From: an uncultured Candidatus Rokubacteria bacterium
Lineage (GTDB): Bacteria; Methylomirabilota; Methylomirabilia; Rokubacteriales; DASRDR01
Reading direction: 5' to 3'
Length of the DNA stretch: 64,000 nucleotides
Assembly (NCBI GenBank): GCA_963805625.1
Contig: CAWDVE010000016.1
Span: 320,001 to 384,000, forward strand
Below the pieces are notes generated by a model, which worked only from the letters and a program-made list of their open reading frames with translations, was not told where the DNA came from and did not search any database. A program made the translations under genes and the position numbers. How positions within the stretch are numbered: the first letter of the stretch is position 1; every line of letters begins with the position of its first letter. Shown here piece after piece: positions 21,601 to 31,501 of this stretch.

Positions 21601-21780
21601 CTTGAGGCCCGGCACCGGCTGCCCACGCTTCACGGCCAGCGGGAGCACGCGCTGGCGGGCAGCTTGATGGCGTGCGGCCCGGGCCTCAAAGGATCTGTTC
21701 AGGCGCAGCGCGAACGCAGAGCATGCGCACCGAGGACGGCCGCGACGCGCGTGCGAGCGCCGCGGCCGTCCAAGCCGACT

Positions 21781-22464
21781 CTAGCCCTGCACCTTCAGGT
21801 TGTTGACGATCTTGCAAACGCCCTCGACCTGACGGGTGAGCTCGGTCGCGCGCTGCTTCGTCTGCTCGCTGTCCACGTTGCCGGTGAGCTCGACGATGCC
21901 TCCGTTCGTATCGACGTTGACCTTGACGAGGGTCGCGGCCTTCTCGCGGGCGAGCTTGGACTTCACGCTCGCCGTGATCGTGTCGTCGTCGTGCCACGCC
22001 GTCCGGGTCTTGCTGCCCCAGTCGCGGTCGCTCGGCTCGGGCCACTTGTCCTTCGTGAAGCTCGGCGCTCGCTCGAGCGTTTCCTTGCTGACGTCCAGGT
22101 ACGCCGTCTTGTGCTCCCTGTCGACCACGACGGCGTCCCACGGCACGGCGTAGAGCTTGTCACCCACGCCCAGGAGCCCACCGAAGGACACGACGGCGTA
22201 CGCGACGTGGCCGCGGGCGTCCATCAGCAGGTCCTCGATCTTCCCGGCATCCTTGTCGGCCACATCCTTGACGGAGAGCCCCACAACCTCGCTGGCTCTC
22301 GCGAGGCCGGTGTGCTCCGCGAACTGCTTCGTGCTGGAGATGGTCTCGGGCTTCTTCGCGACGGGCTTCGTCGCGGCCGCCGTGGGCTTGGCCGGCGTGG
22401 CGGTCGAGGTCCCAGAAGCCGAGCTGTTGAGTCCGGGCTGCGGGCTGGCGTTCGGGACCGGCAC
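21781..22464 (-). CDS. PRC-barrel plus BON domain protein (possibly 5'-truncated)
   Basis: RASEVVG...GKIEDLLMD...YAVVSFGGLLGVGDKLYAVPW (PRC-barrel), then DDTITASVKSKL...NVDTNGGIVELTG...VNNLKV (BON). Confidence 0.85.
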   Translation of the reverse strand: MPVPNASPQPGLNSSASGTSTATPAKPTAAATKPVAKKPETISSTKQFAEHTGLARASEVVGLSVKDVADKDAGKIEDLLMDARGHVAYAVVSFGGLLGVGDKLYAVPWDAVVVDREHKTAYLDVSKETLERAPSFTKDKWPEPSDRDWGSKTRTAWHDDDTITASVKSKLAREKAATLVKVNVDTNGGIVELTGNVDSEQTKQRATELTRQVEGVCKIVNNLKVQG

Positions 22465-22556
22465 TGTGCCCGGTGACTACGCCGATCGGGCACTCGGCGC
22501 CCACGAGAGGGGACGCCGATCGCGATCTGGACAGCCCTCAGCACAGGAGAACGTCT

Positions 22557-23003
22557 ATGCGCCGGCTGATCTGGGTGATGTGCTCGCTGATCCTCGGGAC
22601 CGCGCTCCTTCCGGCTTTCGCGCAGCCGGCCGATGACGCCAAGCGGCTGCACGGGACGTGGACGGCCACACAGGCGGAGCGGGACGGCAAGGCCGCCGAG
22701 GACGCCCTCGGACATCGGCTGTCCTTCACCGGCAGCCGCTTCCAGATCCGGTCCAAGGACGGCAAGGTCCTCTACGCCGGAACGGTCCGGGTGGACGCCA
22801 GCGCGAAGCCGGCGGCCATCGACTTCGCGCACACGGAAGGGGACCTGAAGGGGAAGTCGTGGAAGGGGATCTATGCCCTCGATGGCGACACGCTGAAGAT
22901 CTGCGACAACGCGCCGAACCTCGACAAGAGCCGACCGACCGCGCTCGAGGCGAAGAGCGGGTCCGGCTACGTCCTCGTCACCTTCAAGCGCGCCAAATCC
23001 TGA
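22557..23003 (+). CDS. TIGR03067 domain secreted protein
   Basis: AGGAG RBS; signal peptide; LHGTW...AERDG...IDF...GIYALDGDTLKIC...RPT. Confidence 0.85.
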   Translation: MRRLIWVMCSLILGTALLPAFAQPADDAKRLHGTWTATQAERDGKAAEDALGHRLSFTGSRFQIRSKDGKVLYAGTVRVDASAKPAAIDFAHTEGDLKGKSWKGIYALDGDTLKICDNAPNLDKSRPTALEAKSGSGYVLVTFKRAKS

Positions 23004-23096
23004 CCTGCGCTTCTCCGGGCCGGAGTCCCAGCGACATCGGCGCCTTCGAGCGAGAGCGGCCCTGAGGCGGGCGAGGGGAGACGACGGAGCTCCCGC

Positions 23097-24200
23097 TCAG
23101 CCGTCGACGAACTTCGGCGAGATCTTCCTCAGCCGGGCCGGGTCGGTCCGGCCGCTGCGCTGGATGTAGCTCCAGGCGAGCTCGCGCGGCCCGAGCTTCA
23201 TGTGCTCGGGGAAGCGCTCGTACCACTCGCCGCTGGCATCGGCGGCCGCCACCAGCTTCTCGACGATCGGCCGGCGGGCCGCCTCGTATGCCGCCAACGC
23301 CTCTGATATCTCGCTCCCGTGCTCGGCCAGGGCTCGCGCCAGGGCAATGGCGTCCTCCATCGCCAGGCGCGTGCCTGAGCCGATCGAGAAGTGCGCGGTG
23401 CGCAGGGCGTCGCCGATGAGCACCACGTTGCCCGCCGACCAGCGCGCGTTCCTCACGCTCGGGAAGTTGCGCCACACGGACTTGTTCGAGACGAGACGGT
23501 GGCCTTCCAATGTCCTTTCGAAGACGCGCTCGCAGTAGGCCAGCGTGTCCTGCTCGCCCATCGAGGCCAACCCAGCTCTCCGCCAGGTCGCCGCGTCGCA
23601 CTCGACGACGATGGTGCTCATCGCCGGCGAATGCCGGTAGTGATGCGCGTTGAAGGTGCCGTGCTCGTTCTCGACGAACGTCTGCGTGAGCGTCGGGAAG
23701 ATCTTCGTCGTGCCGTACCAGGCGAACCGGTTGCCGAGCGTCCGTACGGTCGTGCCGAAATCGGCCGTCCCGCGGACGTAGGAGTTCACGCCGTCGGCCG
23801 CGACGACCAGGTCGTAGCCGTCCAGCTCGCTCCGGCTGGAGATCCGGTGCTGGAATTCCGGGTGCAGCCCCACGCTCGCCAGGCGCTGCTGCATCAGCCG
23901 CAGGAAGGCGAGGCGGCCGATCGCGGAGAAGCCGATGCGGTCGATCGCCACCGGCGTGCCGCGGTGGACCACGGTCAGATCGGTCCAGACTTCCATCTGC
24001 GGCGTGATGGCGTCGTAGGTGTCGGGGTCGTCGGCGCGCAGGAACTTGAGCGCCTTGTCCGAGAACACCACGCCGAAGCCGAAGGTCGAGTCCGCCGCGT
24101 TCTGCTCGACGACGCGCAACTCGCAGCCCGGATTGATCTTCCTGAGCAGGTAGGCGAGGTAGAGCCCGGCTGGTCCCGCGCCGACCACCAGGACCTTCAT
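23097..24200 (-). CDS. FAD-dependent monooxygenase (like the N-domain of salicylyl-/anthraniloyl-CoA monooxygenase)
   Basis: GAGPAGLY, TFGFGVVFS, GDALRTAHFSIGSGTRLAMEDAIAL. Confidence 0.9.
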   Translation of the reverse strand: MKVLVVGAGPAGLYLAYLLRKINPGCELRVVEQNAADSTFGFGVVFSDKALKFLRADDPDTYDAITPQMEVWTDLTVVHRGTPVAIDRIGFSAIGRLAFLRLMQQRLASVGLHPEFQHRISSRSELDGYDLVVAADGVNSYVRGTADFGTTVRTLGNRFAWYGTTKIFPTLTQTFVENEHGTFNAHHYRHSPAMSTIVVECDAATWRRAGLASMGEQDTLAYCERVFERTLEGHRLVSNKSVWRNFPSVRNARWSAGNVVLIGDALRTAHFSIGSGTRLAMEDAIALARALAEHGSEISEALAAYEAARRPIVEKLVAAADASGEWYERFPEHMKLGPRELAWSYIQRSGRTDPARLRKISPKFVDG

Positions 24201-24824
24201 CTCATCTCACGCGCAGACCGTGGGATCGCTCGTCAGGGCTCGCGACCGGTCGACCAGGACCGTCTCGATCGTCCTGGAGTGTCGCTGACCGGGCCGACCG
24301 CTGGCAAGAGGCTCCCCGAGCTGACGCTCGTCCCCCGATGGCACGCGAGCCCGAATTGAGGTACAAAATCCCCGGAAGTCGAATCGCGGGTCGTTGGCGA
24401 GCGCGTGCAGGCGCGGGAGGGCGCGGCGTGGACTGAGCGAGCGGCCGAAGCACCGGGAGTCTGGATCACTCCGGGCACGCTTCTCGACGCGAAGGGAGCG
24501 GGACATGGAAGCACTTCGCACTGAGCGTTCCGGAGCGACGGCGCCGGCATGGGCATGGCCCTGTGCTGTCCCACCTGTGATACCCCGCTCGACAATGTCC
24601 ATCTGGGTGGCCTGAGGGTCGACCAGGATGGGGATCGCGTGCTCATCCGTCGCGGTCGCGGACGTGTGGCCTCCGGGTGTGGTCGTTGAGACATACCCCG
24701 ACAGGTCGTCTTCAGGTGCTGAGAGACACTGAAGGCGTAATCTCGATCGAGATCGCCGGCCGCGGCCGCGCCCGACGTGAAGATCGACGTGCTGGCGGTG
24801 CCGGCCTGCGCTGTCGCCGGACAA

Positions 24825-26072
24825 CTACCCGAAGGGGTAGTCTGCGCAATGAGAGGCGTTGATCTCGGCGACCGACCCACACCCCAGCTGCCGCATCGTG
24901 TGCTCGAGGTCGTCTCTCAAGATGGCGAAGGCTCGTCGCACACCCGCTTCACCGCCGGCTCCCAGGCCGTAGGCGTAGGCGCGACCGACCTGGACCGCTT
25001 TGGCCCCTGAAGCCAACGCCACAACCACGTCGCTCCCCGAGCGGATGCCGCCGTCCATGAGAATGTCCATCCCGCAGTCCTTCATGGCCGGCGCGACTCG
25101 CCTGAGAACGTGGAGTGTGGGCAGAACTCGATCGAGCTGCCGTCCGCCGTGATTGGAGATCACGATGGCCTGCGCTCCATGGTCCTGGGCACGCCGAGCG
25201 TCCTCGAGGTTGTGCACCCCCTTGACGACGATCGGCCCACCCCATGCCGCCCGAATCCAGGAGATGTCATCCCACGTCACGGCCGACTGCTGCAGCTGCC
25301 TGCCGATGTCAGCGTAGGGCATCGGCGCTCCATCCTGGAGCTCGATGTTGGGGAATTGCATCAACCCGCCATCCGCGTAGAAGCTCGTCAGCCATGACAG
25401 ATGTCGCATCATCATCGGCACAAACTTCGCCTTCTGCCACGCGCTGCCGCTGATGAGCTGCGACGAGCCGTTGCGCTGGTCTCGCAATCGCACGCCGGCC
25501 ACTGGTGTGTCGATGGTCAGGACGAGGGCGTCGTAGCCGGCCGCCTTGGCTCGCGTGATCGCCCGTTCGGCGACGTCCCGACCGCCCACCAGGTAGAGCT
25601 GAAACCAACACGGCCCCGACGAGGCGACTCGCACCTCTTCGAGAGCGGTGCCGGTGAGGGTCGAGAGGCAATAGATCGTTCCGGCGTCTCCGACGGCCCG
25701 TGCCGCAACCGCTTCTCCACGCGGCCACAATGTTCTGAGACTTCCCACCGGTGCAGCGACAACCGGCATGCTGATCGTGTGTCCGAGAAGGGTCGTGGCG
25801 AGATCGATCTCGGCATGCTTCACGCCGTAACGAGGGTTGAAGCGGGCCCGCGCGAACGCCTCTACGTTGTCACGCATCGTCTGCTCGCTGCCCGCCCCTC
25901 CGAGGAAGTAGTCCGTCACGACCGGCGGGACCCGATGCTCCATCAGCTGGCGCAGATCGTCGATTGTGAGACACTGCGAGACGGCTTCGGCCCAGCGCGG
26001 CATGTCACCGGCGTGGCGCTGTTCCAGGAACCGTCGAAGCAGTTCCGTTCTGCCGCGCGGCTCGGGAGGCAT
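24825..26072 (-). CDS. FMN-dependent alpha-hydroxy acid dehydrogenase (LldD/mandelate dehydrogenase family)
   Basis: WFQLY, LTIDTP, VVKGV, ISNHGGRQLD, DGGIRSGSDV. Confidence 0.93.
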   Translation of the reverse strand: MPPEPRGRTELLRRFLEQRHAGDMPRWAEAVSQCLTIDDLRQLMEHRVPPVVTDYFLGGAGSEQTMRDNVEAFARARFNPRYGVKHAEIDLATTLLGHTISMPVVAAPVGSLRTLWPRGEAVAARAVGDAGTIYCLSTLTGTALEEVRVASSGPCWFQLYLVGGRDVAERAITRAKAAGYDALVLTIDTPVAGVRLRDQRNGSSQLISGSAWQKAKFVPMMMRHLSWLTSFYADGGLMQFPNIELQDGAPMPYADIGRQLQQSAVTWDDISWIRAAWGGPIVVKGVHNLEDARRAQDHGAQAIVISNHGGRQLDRVLPTLHVLRRVAPAMKDCGMDILMDGGIRSGSDVVVALASGAKAVQVGRAYAYGLGAGGEAGVRRAFAILRDDLEHTMRQLGCGSVAEINASHCADYPFG

Positions 26073-26078
26073 CTGAGC

Positions 26079-26405
26079 TCAGCTTCGCCGCCTGGCGGTC
26101 AGAAAACTCCACCGGGTGATCGCCGCGCGATACCGACCGGCATTCTCGTGCGTGGCCGCCAGTTGGAGAGCCCGAGAATGACAGGGATCAAGACGAACGG
26201 CCTCTTTGTACTCGGAGAGGGCGTCATCGAACTGGTCGCGGTGGTAGTAGACGTCCCCAAGTCTGTCCTGGGCATGGGCGTGGCCGGGATTCCCGGGCGA
26301 GATCTCGGAGCCGCAATTCGAACAGGCCAGGGCGAGCCGGACGCCGCACTCCTCGCAGAACCACAGGTTGTCGGGATTCTTCGCCTGACACCACGGGCAC
26401 CGCAT
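26079..26405 (-). CDS. small double-zinc-ribbon plus TPR protein (possibly a deletion product)
   Basis: CPWC...CEEC...CSNC followed by TPR-like LGDVYYHRDQFDDALSEYKEAVRLDP; GGAGGG RBS. Confidence 0.6.
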   Translation of the reverse strand: MRCPWCQAKNPDNLWFCEECGVRLALACSNCGSEISPGNPGHAHAQDRLGDVYYHRDQFDDALSEYKEAVRLDPCHSRALQLAATHENAGRYRAAITRWSFLTARRRS

Positions 26406-26523
26406 GGTGACCCTCCAGCCAAAGAGGCCGGTGACTGAGGAGACAGTGCCGCCAGCCTAATCGGGGCGTCCGGGAAGATCAAGGCGGGCGATGGACGACA
26501 GGTCTCCGGCCAGTCGCGTCACC

Positions 26524-27553
26524 TATCCTTCGCCAGAACCTCATCCGACTCGGTTGACGACGGCCGACGCTCTCGTGAGAGGCGAAGGAACGCCAGGAGA
26601 GCCTGGACAGGGGTGGGAAGCAGGGCAGTCAGGAGTCGGGCCCGCTACGGAATGAGGTGGGGTGGGGTGGAGTGTGGACTGGGATCGCGAGCGGCCTGAC
26701 GGCAGGAAGGTCCCGGGCGTGACGGCTGGTGGGGGCTGACTCAGGCCGCTCGCCGGACGTAGCGATGATGCAGACACCGACTTCGGGACTCGAAACCACC
26801 GTGCCCATCGCCGGGCGCTCGATGGGCCTGGCGTCCGGCGGATCCTTCTCCAGTGAGAGGTGAGCTCGAACGCCATGTGATAATAGGCGAAGTAGCGGGT
26901 CAAGACTTGGCGGAGATGCCTCTCGCTGAGCACGAGGACATGGTCTAGACACTCGCGCCGGACCGAGCCGATGAGCCGCTCCGCGAAGGGGTTCTGCCAC
27001 GGACTCTGGGGCGCGGTCAGTACCTCCCGGATGCCCCTGTCCTTCACTGGGTGCCGAAACGCGTGACCGTAGTTCGTGTCGCGATCGCGGAGGAGGTAGG
27101 ACGGCCCGGTGTCGTCCGGGAACGCCTCCACGATCTGCTGGGCGGTCCAGGGCCGTGGTGGGATGCTCGGTGACGTTGACGTGGACCACCCGTCGCCGAT
27201 GGTGGGCGAGCACGACGAGGACGAACAGCACGCGCAAGTGCGCGGTGGGCACCGTGAAGAAGTCGATGGAGACGAGGTCCCGGACGTGGGTGGTGAGGAA
27301 CGTGCGCCAGGTCTGCAACGGCGAGGGGCGCCGCGTTGGCATCAGCCGGGAGACGGTGCGCTCGGCCACGTCGATACGGTGAGCTGCTGGCGCAGGGCGA
27401 GGGTCTCGAGGGCGAGCTGCCGGTGGCCGCCGCAGAGGAACAGAAGAGTCGGAGCAGGTGGAGCAGCGTGCTGATCATGAGACAGCAATTGTCTCCGGAT
27501 CAGAGCCGAGAGATCAACCACTTGGCCAGCGGATGGAGTTTTGGCGAAGGACA
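26524..27553 (-). mobile_element. degenerate IS481-like insertion sequence (integrase-core transposase pseudogene)
   Basis: 24-bp imperfect terminal IRs TATCCTTCGCCAGAACCTCATCCG / TGTCCTTCGCCAAAACTCCATCCG; frameshifted motifs WRTFL, IDFFTVPT, LLRDRD, SPWQNPFAERLIGSVRRECLD. Confidence 0.88.
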
Positions 27554-27767
27554 CCCCTCTACTTGCGGCGTTGACCGCGTATTCACCTTGTGGGGCAGCG
27601 TATGCCACCACGTCGAGTGGGGGTCAGCCACTTCATCCAATCTACCTCGCCCGCTCGATCCAGCCAGGCGGGGACGGGCTCGCGCGGCGACGTGGCCATG
27701 ACGCGAGGCCAAGCGTAGCACCCCGCGGGTTGATCGGCGGCCCTGGGGTGGCGTAGGATCGCGCCGA

Positions 27768-28301
27768 ATGACCTCGCGACGCACCCCTCGGCCGAGTCCG
27801 GCCGCGCTCGCCACCTGGCGGCGTCGCGCCGTCCTCCGGATGACCCGCTCGCGGAGCGAGACGCTGGCGTTGATCCGCCGGCTCCCCGCGGACGCGCTCC
27901 GACGGCCGCGGACGCAGGGTGCCTGGTCCATCCGAGACGTTCTCGTCCACATCGCGGCGTGGGAAATCGAGGGGGCACGGCGTCTGGCGCTGATCGCCCG
28001 GGATCGCGGCGAGGACATCGTCTGGTATGACACGAAGGCGGAGCTCGACGGGTTCAACGCGCGGGTGGTCCGCTCCGCGCGCCGCCTGCGCCCCGCCGCG
28101 GTTCTCCGTCGCCTCGCGGCTGCGCGCGCGCGGCTCCTGGCCGGGCTCCGCGGGCTGCCGCCGTCCGCCCTCGCCGACCCTGGCCACGCGCTTCCCGTGA
28201 CCCGCTGGCTCCGGGAGTTCGCCTGGACCCACGAGCGCGAGCATCGGCGCGCGATCCGAGCCTGGGCGCGCGCCCACCGCGTCATGGTGCGCGGGGCATG
28301 A
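27768..28301 (+). CDS. DinB/DUF1706-like protein
   Basis: WSIRDVLVHIAAWE and C-terminal HEREH metal-ligand pattern. Confidence 0.85.
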   Translation: MTSRRTPRPSPAALATWRRRAVLRMTRSRSETLALIRRLPADALRRPRTQGAWSIRDVLVHIAAWEIEGARRLALIARDRGEDIVWYDTKAELDGFNARVVRSARRLRPAAVLRRLAAARARLLAGLRGLPPSALADPGHALPVTRWLREFAWTHEREHRRAIRAWARAHRVMVRGA

Positions 28302-28337
28302 CGGTCGACCCCTTCTTTATGAAAGAGAAGTCGATCC

Positions 28338-28457
28338 CTATGGGCGGCGGGCCCCGCCAGTTCCTCGCACGACCGCGAGGCACGCCGCGGCACCCTCGTC
28401 CGTGAGAGGGGTCTCGAGGCCGTCCGGGAATGTGCGCTCGACGACGTAGCGCGGCAT
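28338..28457 (-). pseudogene. truncated DUF4242 (SCO4226-like nickel-binding) gene
   Basis: GGAGG RBS; MPRYVVERTFPDGLETPLTDEGAAACLAVV then early TAG; the C-terminal half of the family is missing. Confidence 0.7.
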
Positions 28458-28511
28458 CAAGACCTCCTTGGGTGGAAGCGGGGCGACCGGGCCTGCCCCT
28501 CGGTCACTTCT

Positions 28512-29042
28512 TCATTTGCGTCGACGAGGCAGGACTCCCCGGCGCGCCCCCTTGAGCTGGGAACCCGAACAGGGTCCGTTCAGCCTGACCCGCGCCGTCC
28601 TGACGTTATTGCCCTCGCTGGACTCCTCCACCGCCCGGTCGGCGTCCACGCGCAGCGTGAGCCCGTGCTCGCCCGGGGTGAGGTAGGCATCGAAGGACCG
28701 CGTGCGGTGCTCGCCCGTGCCGAGCCCGGGATCCACGTGGTTGTCGATGACGGTCGCGTCCCACTGGAGCACGTTCCGGAACCCGCCCGGGGTCTTGGCA
28801 CGTCCATCGTTGTCGATCTGGTACTCGACCCGGAAGAGGCACTGCCCGCCCCGGTAGCCCTTGGCCTTGCTGGCGCTCAGCACCTCGACGCCGGAGCCGA
28901 CGTTCACGAACTCACCCCCGATCACGACGCCCTTGCTGACGAGGTCCGGCAGCCCTCCCGACAGCGTGGCCGTCGCGGGGCCGGGCGCAGGATCCGACTT
29001 CGCCGACAGGCCACCGGCCCTGAGCGGGGCCGGCGCCGGCAC
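28512..29042 (-). CDS. CARDB domain protein (5' part apparently lost)
   Basis: LPDLV...IDNDG...PGEHGLTLRVDADRAVEESSEGNN; no signal peptide and an in-frame stop shortly upstream. Confidence 0.7.
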   Translation of the reverse strand: MPAPAPLRAGGLSAKSDPAPGPATATLSGGLPDLVSKGVVIGGEFVNVGSGVEVLSASKAKGYRGGQCLFRVEYQIDNDGRAKTPGGFRNVLQWDATVIDNHVDPGLGTGEHRTRSFDAYLTPGEHGLTLRVDADRAVEESSEGNNVRTARVRLNGPCSGSQLKGARRGVLPRRRK

Positions 29043-29296
29043 GGGAGTGACCCCTCGGCTGGCGAACCTCGGCCGAGGCGCTCGATGAGGTTCTACGATC
29101 GGCTCACACAGGCAGTGTTGCGAGAACCGGTTGAACTCGGGCTGGCTGCCCCGATCGGAATGTGATGCAGCAAACCGTGGCCCGGCCGCCGCTGGGCCAG
29201 CGCCATGCCGAGGGCGTGACCACTACCGCTTCTCGCAGTGGTGGCCCGCCTGCGTTCCTGGCGAAGCGGCACCGAGTGAGCTGGCGGTCTGGCGCG

Positions 29297-30466
29297 TCAG
29301 AGCGCGAGATCTCGCTCCTCCGTCGATATCATCGTGTTCCGCGTGGCCGCGTACGGGAAGCGTTCAACGAGGGCCGGGTCGAACGTCACGCCGAGCCCCG
29401 GGGTCTCCGGTGCTGCGATGTGGCCGTCGCGTGGCTGCACGCGGGCCACCGCCAGGAGCTCATTGAGCGGGTGCTCCGTGAAGTTGAATTCCGTGATCGC
29501 GCAGTTCGGGGTGACGAGGCCGAAGTGGATGCCGGCCATGATGCTGACGAGTGTCCCCCACGAGTGAATGGCCACGGGCTTCTCGTGGACGGCGGCCAGA
29601 CTGGCGATTCTTGCACCTTCGGTGAACCCTGACGTCGCAATGTCGAACTGGACGATGTCAAAGGCGCCGCGCTCGAGATACGGCCGGAACGCGTGGGCGG
29701 TCGGGAGGCTCTCCGCGCCCGCGATGTTGACCGTCGTCGCCTGCCGCATCTCGACGTAGCCGTCCAGGTTCTCGACTCGCACGGGCTCCTCTAGCCAGAG
29801 TGGCTCATACGGCTCCAGGCCCTTCGCGATCTTCTGGGAGATCGACACGGACCAGGGCGTCGCGCCCCCCGCCTCGCCGGCGTCGACCATGACATCCATC
29901 TCGCGTCCCAACGCCTCCCGGAACGCCGTCACGATCGGGACGACGGTCCGGGGATCGGTCACACGGAGCTTGTAGGCGTCAAACCCCGCGCTCCGGGCGC
30001 GCCGCGCATCGGCGATGAGCGGTTCGGCCGTCGTGAAGAGCCCGTTGCTCGCGTACACCCGGATGCGGGACCGGACCAGTCCCCCGAGCAACTGGTAGAC
30101 AGGAAGCTCGAGGAGCTTGCCGAGGAGGTCGTACATCGCCATGTTGATGCCGCCCATGACGGCGATGCCGATGCCGTACCGGTTCCAGAAGCGGCTGTTC
30201 TGGTACATCGTTTCCCACGCCCGGTTGATCTCGCGCACGGGGAATCCTTCCAGCACCCGATTGAAGTGCGCGGTCACGCCGAGGACCGGCTCGTAGGTAT
30301 GGGTCCCGAACGTCACCTCGCCGAGCCCGTACTCCCCGTTGTCCGCGGTGACCCGGAGGAGGGCGGCGTCGAGGTTCTCCACAAGACCGGCAGCGAACCG
30401 GTACGAGAGGTGCGATGGGTAGCGGTACCGGAGGAAGAACGCCTCGACCTTCGCGACCTTGACCAC
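29297..30466 (-). CDS. mandelate racemase/muconate lactonizing (enolase superfamily) enzyme, probable acid-sugar dehydratase
   Basis: GGGAGG RBS and GTG at 30466; MAMYDLLGK, AYKLR, MVDA, WLEEP, AGAES, AIHSW. Confidence 0.9.
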   Translation of the reverse strand: MVKVAKVEAFFLRYRYPSHLSYRFAAGLVENLDAALLRVTADNGEYGLGEVTFGTHTYEPVLGVTAHFNRVLEGFPVREINRAWETMYQNSRFWNRYGIGIAVMGGINMAMYDLLGKLLELPVYQLLGGLVRSRIRVYASNGLFTTAEPLIADARRARSAGFDAYKLRVTDPRTVVPIVTAFREALGREMDVMVDAGEAGGATPWSVSISQKIAKGLEPYEPLWLEEPVRVENLDGYVEMRQATTVNIAGAESLPTAHAFRPYLERGAFDIVQFDIATSGFTEGARIASLAAVHEKPVAIHSWGTLVSIMAGIHFGLVTPNCAITEFNFTEHPLNELLAVARVQPRDGHIAAPETPGLGVTFDPALVERFPYAATRNTMISTEERDLAL

Positions 30467-30510
30467 GCCGACCTCCCTGCGACGACGGGGTCTTGCCCAG
30501 CCGCCGACGG

Positions 30511-31497
30511 TCATCGTCCATACTGGCTGAGGGCCGCGCGGAGCGCGTCTCCCAGCGCGTTGAGTCCCAGGATCGTGAGCGTCACTGCGAGGCCCGGGAA
30601 CACGCCGAGCCACGGCGCCTGACTCAGGAAATTCCGGCCGCTGTCCAGCATGGTGCCCCACGACGGGGTCGGAGGCCGACTCCCCAGACCCAAGAAGCTG
30701 AACCCGGCCTCGAGGAGCACCGCGTCGGCCATCACGAGCGTGGTCTGCACGAGGAGTGGCGGCACGACATTCTGCAGGACGTGTCGCATCACGACCCGTG
30801 TGTCGGAAGCGCCCAGCGCGCGAGCCGCCTGCACGTAGTCCTCGCTCCGCTGGCTCAGGACCGCCACGCGGGTCAGCCGGCCCAGCGTGGGGACGCTGAT
30901 GATCGCCACCGCCACGACCACGTTCGCGATCCCCGTGCCGAGCAGCGCCACTACGCCGATACCGAGCAGGACCGCCGGGAAGGCAAAGATCGTGTCGAGG
31001 AGCCGCGAGATCACCATGTCGATCGGGCCGCCGAGATAGCCCGCCAGGAGCCCGAGCGGGACGGCGACGAAAAGGGCTGCGCCAGCCGATCCGAATGCCA
31101 CGGTCAGTGAGATCCGAGCGCCGAAGAGCGTGCGCGACAGGACGTCGCGCCCCAGTTCGTCCGTCCCGAACGGATGGTCGCGCGACGGTGCGGCAAAAGG
31201 CTCCTCCGCGCCGATGACGAACGGGTCGAACGGAGCCACGCGGGGAGCGGACAGCGCGAGACCGATGAGGGTCACCACGACCACGAGCCCGAACCGGCCA
31301 CCGGGATCGCGCAGGATCGCACGCATGACGCGCGCGGCTGGGAGTCGCGTGACGGTCGCGCCTTTCGTTGCCGGGGTCCGATCGGTCGTCCCGTCTTCTC
31401 GGACGCCCGTCAGGGAGTCGGGTGGCGGTCCTACCGCCGGCGGCTGGTTGGACACTTCGGACTGTCCTCCGGCCTCGCGCACGTGGCGGGTAGGCAC
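30511..31497 (-). CDS. peptide/nickel ABC transporter permease (DppC-like)
   Basis: HPFGTDELGRD, YVQAARALGAS, PSWGTML. The true start may be downstream. Confidence 0.9.
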   Translation of the reverse strand: MPTRHVREAGGQSEVSNQPPAVGPPPDSLTGVREDGTTDRTPATKGATVTRLPAARVMRAILRDPGGRFGLVVVVTLIGLALSAPRVAPFDPFVIGAEEPFAAPSRDHPFGTDELGRDVLSRTLFGARISLTVAFGSAGAALFVAVPLGLLAGYLGGPIDMVISRLLDTIFAFPAVLLGIGVVALLGTGIANVVVAVAIISVPTLGRLTRVAVLSQRSEDYVQAARALGASDTRVVMRHVLQNVVPPLLVQTTLVMADAVLLEAGFSFLGLGSRPPTPSWGTMLDSGRNFLSQAPWLGVFPGLAVTLTILGLNALGDALRAALSQYGR

Positions 31498-31501
31498 CTC
31501 G

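Noticed and set aside
24207-24824. ORFs between the two flavoenzymes
   Set aside because: Patchy protein-like segments in different frames with no recognisable family; possibly debris.
29108-29140. AGGCAGTGTTGCGAGAACC as a possible IS end truncating the CARDB gene
   Set aside because: No partner inverted repeat or transposase found.
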